DNA from: Octopus sinensis | Taxonomy: Eukaryota | Length of the DNA stretch: 16,112 nt | Direction of reading: 5' to 3' | NCBI RefSeq assembly: GCF_006345805.1 | Contig: NW_021825261.1 | Span: forward strand, 1-16,112 | Shown: positions 8,523 through 16,112 of the stretch, in pieces | Layout: every line of letters begins with the position of its first letter | Numbering within the stretch: the first letter of the stretch is position 1 | The notes under the pieces: model-generated | What the model was told of the DNA's origin: nothing | Database searches by the model: none | Seen by the model: only the letters and a program-made list of their open reading frames with translations | Position numbers and translations under genes: made by a program

Positions 8523-8895
8523 GTGATAAGTAGCTTGTTTACCAACCACATGGTTCCAGGTTCAGTCCCACTGTGTGGCACCTTGGGCAAGTGTCTTCTA
8601 CTATAGCCTTGGGCTAACCAAAGCCTTGTGAGTGGGTTTGGTAGACGGAAACTGAAAGAAGCCCATCGTATATATGTATATATATATGCGTGTGTGTGTT
8701 TGTCCCTCTAGCATTGCTTCACAACCAATGCTGGTGTGTTTATGTCCCCCTTACTTAGCGGTTCGGCAAAAGAGCCCGTTAGAATAAGTACTGGGCTTTC
8801 AAAAGAATAAGTCCCGGGGTCGTGTTGCTCAATTAAAGGCGGTGCTCCAGCATGGCCGCAGTCAACTGACTGAAACAAGTAAAGGAGTAAAAGAG
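8523..8895 (+). mobile_element. tRNA-derived SINE with CORE-like motif, internal microsatellite and LINE-A-like 3' end
   Basis: B-box GGTTCAGTCCC at 8559-8569; ACCTTGGGCAAGT (CORE-like) at 8580-8592; internal TA/TG tract; 3' GGCGGTGCTCCAGCATGGCCGCAGTCAACTGACTGAAAC at 8838-8876; short purine-rich repeat tail. The A-box end of the head is clipped. Confidence 0.85.
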
Positions 8896-8896
8896 G

Positions 8897-9106
8897 GTAT
8901 ATATACATATATATATATATACATATATATATATGTGTATATATATATATATACATATATATATGTACATATATATATATGTATATATATATACATATAT
9001 ATATACATATATATATATATGTATATATATATATACATATAATATATATACATATATATATATACACACACATATATATATACACAACACACACATATAT
9101 ATATAT

Positions 9107-9145
<39 letters not shown>

Positions 9146-9155
9146 TACATATATA
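8897..9155. repeat. Long interrupted (TA)n/(TACA)n/(CA)n microsatellite
   Basis: Directly visible. Confidence 0.97.
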
Positions 9156-9600
9156 CATCATCATCATCATTTAGAGTCCGTTTTCCATGCTAGCATGGGT
9201 TGGACGGTTCAACTGGGGTCTGGCAAGCCCGAAGGCTGCACCAGGCCAGTCAGATCTGGCAGTGTTTCTACAGCTGGATGCCCTTCCTAACGCCAACCAC
9301 TCCGAGAGTGTAGTGGGTGATTTTATGTGCCACCGACACAGGTGCCAGACGAGGCTGGCGAACGGCCACGCTCGGATGGTGTTTTTCATGTGCCACCGAC
9401 ACAGGTGCCAGATGAGGCTGGCAGACGGCCACGCTCGGATGGTGTTTTTATGTGCCACCGACACAGGTGCCAGATGAGGCTGGCGAACGGCCACGATCGG
9501 ATGGTGTTTGTTACGTGCCCACAGCACGGAGGCCAGTCGATGCGGTACTGGCTACGGCCACGTTCGGATGGTTTTCTTGTGTGCCACTGGCACTGGTACC
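9156..9600 (-). mobile_element. RTE LINE 3'-end fragment (copy 3) with about 4.5 tandem ~62-bp hairpin units
   Basis: (CAT)5 at 9156-9170, the conserved terminal block, then tandem units from 9321; homologous to 14298-14830. Confidence 0.9.
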
Positions 9601-9683
9601 ACAAAGATACACACACACACATATATATATATATATACACACACATATATATATGTACACACACATATATATATATATATATG
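9601..9683. repeat. (CA)n/(TA)n microsatellite
   Basis: Directly visible. Confidence 0.93.
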
Positions 9684-9684
9684 T

Positions 9685-9966
9685 GGAGGCGCAATGGCCT
9701 GTGGTTAGGGCAGCGGACTTGCGATTGTAGGATCGTGGTTTCGATTCCCAGGCCGGGTGTTGTGTTTATTGAGCGAAAACACCTAAAACTCCACGAGGCT
9801 CCGGCAGGGAGTGGTGGTGATCCCTGCTGTACTCTTTCGCCGCAACTTTCTCTCACTCTTTCTTCTGTTAGCCTGCTCACTTAGCCAGTGGGGTAGCATC
9901 ATTTGAAGGCTAAAACAATGCGAAGTGCATTGTGACCAGCCATGTGATAGCTGGATGGTCACGGTG
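9685..9966 (+). mobile_element. tRNA-derived SINE, third family in the window
   Basis: Head GGAGGCGCAATGGCCTGTGGTTAGGGCAGCGGACT with A-box-like 9695-9706 and B-box GGTTTCGATTCCC at 9737-9749, followed by ~200 nt of non-tRNA body; flanked by TA microsatellites. May correspond to one of the published octopus tRNA-derived SINE families (OK/OR1/OR2); not verified. Confidence 0.8.
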
Positions 9967-10070
9967 ATATATATATATATACATACACACACATCTATCT
10001 ATCTATATATATAGATACACACACATCTATCTATCTATATATATACATACACACATATATATATATATAT
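9967..10070. repeat. Compound (TA)n/(CA)n/(TCTA)n microsatellite
   Basis: Directly visible. Confidence 0.93.
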
Positions 10071-10081
10071 TTAGTCAGTTA

Positions 10082-10214
10082 GTCTTTACATTCTGTGGTT
10101 AAATTCTGCCTAGGTTGAATTTGCCTTTTCATCCTTTCTGGGTTTATAAAATAAGTACTGGATTCATCCTCTCCCCCAGATTTTCAGGCCTTGTGTTTAC
10201 AGTAGAAAGGATTA
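10082..10214 (+). mobile_element. Degenerate SINE fragment (same family as 4496-4698)
   Basis: TTTGCCTTTTCATCCTTTCTGGGTTTATAAAATAAGTAC and GGCCTTGTGTTTACAGTAGAAAGGATTA match the 4496 copy. Confidence 0.7.
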
Positions 10215-10406
10215 AAATTGACATAGATGTGTAAATTTGATGTTGAAAGGGAGAAAAAAGCAGTTCAACTCCAATTGAACTCAATTTTTTTCTTGTAACA
10301 TTGCCTCTGCTTAATGTTTGTCATTGAAAGGGCTCCACTCATTTTCACTTAGACATGCGACTCTTGAAAAAGGAGCTGACGGTCTTTCGGAATAGCTACA
10401 AATAAA

Positions 10407-12801
10407 GATTGATTGATTGATTCTAGTTTCAGCTTATGAGCTGTGGCCATGCTGGGGCACCGCCATTTGGTGTTGCTACTTGGTTTTACTTCACGAAAGC
10501 TTTTTAGCAACTGCCATTTGGTGCATGAGAGAGTTCGATGCAGCTGCCCTCATCTGCACCTCCTGCCGTGAAGTTGGTTCATCTGGGACACCTGACAGGA
10601 AGAGATCCAGTTTCATTTTAAAGACATCTGCATCCACCCCATGCAGGTCTCTCAGGTTCTTCGGGAGGATATTGAAGAGCTGTGGGCCACGGAAGCCCAG
10701 GCTATCACAGAATCTTGTCCTACATCTTGATGGCAAACTTGGAGTCCTAGGCACCACGCAGTGGCGCCCAGTTCTGGCATTTGCGTAACTCTCGATGCCA
10801 AAGTTTAGGACACGTCCCTCCAGGATCTTCCAGATGTATATTATGGCATATCTTTCCCGCCTACGCTCCAAGGAATATAGTTTTAATCTCTTGAGTCTTT
10901 CCCAGTAGCTTACATTCTGCATAGAGGCTATCTTCTTTGTGTAGCTGCGTTGGATCGCCTCGAGCTCTGTGATCAACTTGACACTGGATGGTGACCATAA
11001 CTGAGAGCAGTAGTCAAAGTGGCTTAGGACAAGTGTTCGCCAGATGACCATCATGGTTTCTTGTTCTCTTGTTCTAAAGGTTCTGAGGATCCATCCGGCC
11101 AGTCGTCTACATTTCATTGCCAATTTAGCAACATGTACACGAAAGGTTGCGTCATCACTCATGTAAATACCCAGGTCACGCACTGATTGTGCCTCTGGGA
11201 TTGCTATTCCTCCAGGTCCAGTGTATTCATTGGGTATTGCATTTAGTTTTGCATGCTGATAGTATAAAGCTTGAAACTTTTCAGAAATTGAACTGCATGC
11301 TATTCTTTTCAGCCCACTTGTATATTTTGTCCAGCTCACATTGCAGGTGTTTAGTGTCCTCAGGGTTCTGTATTGCCTGTGAAACTTTTGTATCATCTGC
11401 ATAACTTGTGATCGTGGCTCTCTGCGTGGCTGAGGGCATGTCTGAGAGGGCCATTATGAACAGTAGTGGTCCTAGAACAGTGCCCTGCGGAACACCGCTC
11501 ACTATTTGCGTGTTAATGGAAGTTAATTGGCTACTACCACCTGACTTCTATCTTTCAGAAAGTCATGAAGCCATTCTCCCAGTTTTCCAACTATGTTGAG
11601 ATCACGCAGTTTGTGACATATCATTCCATGATCGACTTTATCAAAGGCCTTTGCAAAGTCGAGATATATCACTTCCACATCTGAGTGGTTGAGCAGCTGT
11701 TTCAGCATCCAGTCATAGTGCTGCAGGAGCTGAGTTAAACAGCTTCTCCCTGGTCGGAAACCATGTTGGGTGTCGGGCAGCAAGTCATTCTCTTCAAGGA
11801 AGGTGATCAGTTTCCTACTGACTATTCGTTCTATGACCTTGCTGATGTGTGAGGTCAGAGAGATAGGTCTGTAGTTCTTGGCCTCTGCTCTGCTACCTCC
11901 TTTATGAATGGGGCATATTTTACCTTCCTTCAGTTTTTTTGGAAGTTTGCCAGCTGCAAGGAAGCTCTGAAAGAGGAACTGCAGTGGTCTTGCTAGGACT
12001 CTCTTACATGCTTTTAGGAGGATTGCCGGGAATCCATCGGGGCCAGTAGCTGAGTCTGTTTTCATTTCATCTATAGCCTTGATTACATCGTCTTCCTTTA
12101 TATCGATGTAATTTATCGTCGCCGCCTCTGATTTTATATCTGCAGTGGTAAAGAAGTCAGTTGGATTGGTGATTTGGAGATGCCCAAGCTGTGGAGTGAA
12201 AACACTCTTGAATTGCTCATTCAGTATTTCACTTACCCTCATTGGTTTTCCTGTAAGTGTGCCATCCTTTTCAAGGAGTGGCCCTATTCTACAGTGCACT
12301 GTAGCTGTTTCTTTGGCATACCTGTAGAAAGCTCTGGGGTTAGATTTTATGTTGTCTATAGCCCAGGCTTCTTTGTCTGCTCTTTCTTTTTCATGGGAGA
12401 GTTGCAGACATTTTTCAATTTCCAACAGTTTTATTTTTAGGCGGGACTTTTCACTGCTTTCAATCTGTTTGTTTAGGCGATTTGAAATTTTTGTACGCCG
12501 TCTCATTAAAATTTTCCTCTCTCTGGGGATTTTGTTCTTGTGTACAGTGGCCTTTCTCTCTGGGACGCATTTGTTGCATATGGCTTGCATTACAGACATG
12601 AATTGTTGAAGTTTCACGTCGATGTCTGGCGAGGAGAGACATTTAGGCCAGTTTTGTTTCAGGATCTCTTTCTCAATTTGTTTCCAGTTTGCCTTATGGT
12701 AGTTCAAGCTGGAAAGATTCTGAGGGTTTCTTGTAGGCTGCATGTCCGTGCTCTCTTTTGGCCCGTACATGGTCAGCTCTACCATGTTGTGATCCGAGAG
12801 T
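10407..12801 (-). mobile_element. 5'-truncated CR1-group LINE (LINE-A copy 3), 2.4 kb
   Basis: (GATT)4 at 10407-10422 is an (AATC)4 tail on minus; 3' UTR; ORF2 from LSDHNMVEL (end of the APE endonuclease domain) through the linker and RT (YRPISLTS, QHGFRPGRSC, YLDFAKAFDKVDH, GVPQGTVLGP, YADD at 11392-11403) to the stop at 10491-10493. No target-site duplication seen. Confidence 0.96.
10491..12800 (-). pseudogene. LINE-A ORF2 (post-endonuclease linker, RT, C-terminus), two frameshifts
   Basis: Three in-order fragments (11523..12785, 11281..11520, 10491..11281). Lesions relative to copy 2: GGGGCC replaced by TA near 11525 (stop plus shift) and +1 nt near 11286. Confidence 0.94.
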
Positions 12802-13089
12802 CAAATCTTTTTTTTTTTTTGATAGGTTTTTTTTTTCTTTAATTATCTGCTAATGAATTTGGAAATAATGTTTTGGAAAAAATTATTTATTGAACTGCTC
12901 AAATAAATAAATTTTTGTAGATTTAATAAATGGAATTTTGTAAAATTTCAGTATGACTTAAAAAATTACAGCTCAACTTTAATTGAAACGACCTTTTTTT
13001 TTATGTTGAAATTTGTATTTGTGATGAGTGTATTTAGAAACTTTACCTTCCCCTCATTATTTTTTACCAGAATTTCTTCGGGTTCCTGT

Positions 13090-13691
13090 CTTCCATATAG
13101 AAGATTAGGATTTTGTCTCCAAAATACGTTTTCAAAATGTTAATATCCTTAACTCTCCCCACCCCAATTTTGAATTTTTAACTATTTTCAAAGTTATTTT
13201 TTTTAAAGCCACATAGAAAAATAGAGATTACGTATCTTTACGAATTTTTTATTTTCAATTTTTCTTAAAGAAACTCAAATTCCCTCACCCAACCTGCACC
13301 CATCACCTCCGAATGTTTTACTGTTAGCTTTTTTGAAAGCAGGGAAGTTTTTCTAGAAATAATGTCGTTTAGCTGTTGTTTCTAGCACGTTGGGATTTCT
13401 GGTGGTGGTCTGATATTTTTGACGTCTGCTATTTCAGTAGAATTCTATGCATGTGTGAAACATCAGACAAAAGTGAAACATTCTGAGTTTTTAGTTTTTT
13501 GAAAGCAGGGAGGTGATGGGTGGGTGAGGTGGGGGAAGGGGCATGGTGTGTTTCTTAAAGAAAAACACAATGAATTGAAAAAAAAATTCCCCAAAAGGTT
13601 TTAAATTAAGAAATTGGGGCAGGGGTGGGAGGAAAATCAAAATTTTGAAAACAGGATTTTTTGACAGAACCATATTCCCCTATATTGAAAG
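13090..13691. repeat. Old imperfect inverted repeat (decayed MITE/foldback-like)
   Basis: Exact paired anchors in nested order: GTTTTCAAAAT 13128-13138 with ATTTTGAAAAC 13642-13652, and CCCATCACCTCC 13299-13310 with GGAGGTGATGGG 13509-13520, plus intervening degenerate matches. Confidence 0.6.
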
Positions 13692-14473
13692 CAGAAATTC
13701 AAAAGAGTTTTTGTTGAAAAAACACACCAAAAATGGGTGGTGTACTCCTTCTTTACCTTTGCCAAATTTCATGGTTTTAACAGGTGTAGCGTTTATCTTT
13801 ACTTTAAAAAAGTGTGGTTGTTTGCTTGTTTGGAATCTCCATCATCGAAAACAGGAATCCTGTGCAAATAAAAATAATCAGAAAGGTTGGTAACTGTGCA
13901 CCAGGTCTGCCATAAAAATACATGGTGGGTGCACACATATTAATGGCAGTAGGTTTGAAAATTAGTAAACGGGGCAAAATGAGTAACTTCTGATTTCTTA
14001 TTTTCTTCCTCCCTGTGTGAATTCCCTTACTTTGTAAGCATTGCATCACCATTTTGTATTGCTACATGATACTTGGGGATACAAACTGGTTGTTGAAGTT
14101 GTGGAAGTACAAAGCATAGTCAAAGGGCAGGGCCCCTTTTTTTTTGTCAAGAAATTTCTCTTCAACTTTGACCCAATTGTAATTGAGAATGCTAATAAAA
14201 TATCTGGATAATTTTTCATGCTAAACAATCAATATTGATTTCTTTGCTGGATTTCAAGTCAATTTTTCCCCACACTAATGTCTAATTTGATAATCTTCAT
14301 CATCATCATCATCATCATCATTTAGCGTCCGTTTTCCATGCTAGCATGGGTTGGACGGTTTAACTGGGGTCTGTGAAGCCGGAAGGCTTCACCAGGCCCA
14401 GTCAGATTTGGCAGTGTTTCTACAACTGGATGCCCTTCCTAACGCCAACCACTCCGCGAGTGTAGTGGGTGTT

Positions 14474-14830
14474 TTTTACCGGCCACCTGCACAGGTGCCA
14501 GACAGAGCTGGCAAACGGCCATGAACGGACAGTGCTTTTACGTGTCACCGGCACGGGGGCCAGCCGAGGCTGGCAACGAACACGAACGGATGGTGCTTTT
14601 ACGTGCCACCAACACGGGGCCAGACAGAGCTGGCAAACGGCCACGAACGGACGGTGCTTTTACGTGTCACCGGCACGGGGGCCAGCCGAGGCTGGCAACG
14701 AACACGAACGGATGGTGCTTTTACGTGCCACTGACACGGGGCCAGACAGAGCTGGCAAACGGCCACGAGCGAATGGTGCTTTTACGTATCACCGACATGG
14801 GTGCCAGACGAGGCTGGCAGCGGACACGGA
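14474..14830. repeat. Tandem array of six 61-62-bp GC-rich hairpin units, alternating A/B
   Basis: Unit starts (TTTTAC) at 14474, 14536, 14597, 14658, 14719, 14780; units 2 and 4 are identical. Confidence 0.95.
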
Positions 14831-14854
14831 TATATGATTTGATTTTGATTGTTC

Positions 14855-16111
14855 TCACTGGTCTTGCCGGGTCTTCTCACGCACAGCATACTTCCACAGG
14901 TCTCGGTCCCTGGTCATTTCCTTGGTGAGACCTAGAGTTCGAAGGTCGTGCTTCACCACCTCGACCCAGGTTTTCCTGGGTCTACCTCTTCCACAGGTCC
15001 CCTCAACTGCCAGGGTGTGGCACTTTTTCACACACCTATCTTCGTCCATTCTTGCCACATGACCATCCCAGCGCAATCGTCTCTCTTGCACACAACATCT
15101 GATGCCTCTTAGGTCCAACTTTTCTCTCAAGGTACTTACACTCTGTCGACTATGAACTCTGATATTACACATCCAACGGAGCATACTAGCTTCATTTCTT
15201 GCGAGCTTACGTAAATCCTCAGCAGTCACAGCCCAAGTTTCACTACCATGTAGCATGGCTGTACGTACACATGCATCATACAGTCTGCCTTTTACTTTGA
15301 GCGAGAGACCGTTTGTCACCAGTAGGGGTAAGAGCTCTCTAAACTTTGCCCAGGCTATTCTTACTCTAGCAGTTACACTTTCAGCACACCCGCCCCCGCT
15401 ACTGACTTGGTCACCTAGGTAGCGGAAGCTATCAACTACTTCTAGTTTTTCTCCTTGAAACATGATAGAAGATGGTCTCTGAATATTTTCAGAGTTTATT
15501 GCTCCTGAGCATCTGCCACAGATAAAAACTATTTTCCTAGTTAGTCTTCCTTTGACATTACTACATCTCTTATGTGTCCATAGCTTACATTTGGTGCATC
15601 TTATAGAGTTTCTACCTACGCCTTTTCTACAGATCGAGCAAGGCCATCTACCTGAAGGTGTTTGTGATTGGTCTACCTTCCTACTTATTAGGACGTTGGT
15701 TTTGGCTAGGTTGATTCTAAGGCCCTTCGATTCTAAACCTTGCTTCCACACCTGAAACTTCTCCTCCAGTCCTGATAGAGACTCAGCAATTAGAGCAAGG
15801 TCATCAGCATAGAGGAGCTCCCAGGGGCATTCAGTCTTGAATTCCTCCGTTATTGCCTGGAGGACTATGATAAATAGGAGGGGGCTGAGGACTGAACCTT
15901 GGTGAACCCCAACCTCTACCCTGAATTCTTCACTGTACTCGATGTCAACCCTCACCTTACTAGCAGCGTCTCTGTACATGGCTTGTACAGCTCTCACTAA
16001 CCATTCATCTATCCCTAGTTTCCTCATTGACCACCAGATAAGGGATCGGGGGACCCTGTCGAAGGCTTTCTCCATATCGACAAAAGCCAGGTATAGGGGT
16101 TTGTCTTTGGC
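14855..16111 (-). CDS. RTE LINE reverse transcriptase, partial, with embedded PHD-type zinc finger
   Basis: Uninterrupted frame from the window edge (AKDKPLYLAFVDMEKAF...) to the stop at 14855-14857; YADD at 15800-15811; C4HC3 pattern at 15509-15640. The ATG at 16075 is internal, not the true start. Confidence 0.92.
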   Translation of the reverse strand, partial: AKDKPLYLAFVDMEKAFDRVPRSLIWWSMRKLGIDEWLVRAVQAMYRDAASKVRVDIEYSEEFRVEVGVHQGSVLSPLLFIIVLQAITEEFKTECPWELLYADDLALIAESLSGLEEKFQVWKQGLESKGLRINLAKTNVLISRKVDQSQTPSGRWPCSICRKGVGRNSIRCTKCKLWTHKRCSNVKGRLTRKIVFICGRCSGAINSENIQRPSSIMFQGEKLEVVDSFRYLGDQVSSGGGCAESVTARVRIAWAKFRELLPLLVTNGLSLKVKGRLYDACVRTAMLHGSETWAVTAEDLRKLARNEASMLRWMCNIRVHSRQSVSTLREKLDLRGIRCCVQERRLRWDGHVARMDEDRCVKKCHTLAVEGTCGRGRPRKTWVEVVKHDLRTLGLTKEMTRDRDLWKYAVREKTRQDQ

Positions 16112-16112
16112 T

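Larger units (their letters stand above)
14298..16112 (-). mobile_element. RTE-clade LINE, 3' 1.8 kb (continues beyond window end)
   Basis: RT ORF 14855-16111, 3' region with six 61-bp tandem units (14474-14830), conserved terminal block and (ATG)8 tail at 14298-14321. Protein motifs (LAFVDMEKAFDRVPR, GVHQGSVLSPLLF, LLYADDLAL, INLAKT, FRYLG, RLRWDGHVARM, RGRPRKTW) are RTE-type. Confidence 0.94.

Noticed and set aside
9685-9755. Possible tRNA gene (also 6815-6886, 8523-8575)
   Set aside because: A/B boxes are present but the cloverleaf stems are not intact and the sequence continues into SINE body; treated as SINE heads.
10262-10281. Small hairpin AGTTCAA-CTCCAA-TTGAACT
   Set aside because: A 7-bp AT-rich stem is expected by chance in 16 kb.
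12795-12840. Target-site duplication or poly(A) tail at the 5' junction of LINE-A copy 3
   Set aside because: Flanks at 10395-10406 and 12802-12815 do not form a direct repeat; the T-runs are at the element's 5' side, so they are not its tail.
13645-14290. Short ORFs in the AT-rich stretch next to the RTE tail, possibly a decayed coding element
   Set aside because: No motif I can assign in any frame; a TBLASTX/HMM search would be needed.
14474-14830. CRISPR-like appearance of regularly spaced hairpin repeats (also 9321-9600)
   Set aside because: Units are contiguous tandem repeats with no unique spacers, there are no cas genes, and the context is a eukaryotic retrotransposon.

Overview
Eukaryotic, repeat-saturated, AT-rich window with no recognisable host gene and no prokaryotic features. 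The SINE families, (TA)n density and RTE 3' ends point to a coleoid cephalopod, probably Octopus; this is inference from recognition, not a database result. Contents: three copies of one CR1-group LINE family (here LINE-A: 1-218 +, 2748-3893 +, 10407-12801 -); one copy of a second CR1-group family (LINE-B, 897-2173 -); four copies of an RTE-clade LINE 3' end (2210-2452 -, 2481-2747 +, 9156-9600 -, 14298-16112 -), the last with an uninterrupted RT ORF running off the window; a decayed Helitron (5701-7898 -) sitting between two ~570-bp inverted arms; five tRNA-derived SINE pieces; two foldback/MITE-like inverted repeats; and many microsatellites. Most ORFs in the supplied track are microsatellite or antisense artefacts. 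Most notable observations: (1) a SINE and LINE-A share a 3' terminal motif whose stem-loop shows compensatory base changes, and LINE-B has the same architecture; (2) an intact C4HC3 PHD-type finger lies inside the RTE ORF; (3) the Helitron 5' end abuts one long inverted arm at the nucleotide; (4) a near-perfect 105-bp-arm hairpin; (5) a 61-bp hairpin tandem array in the RTE 3' region where three copies are truncated. All alignments and counts were done by eye.
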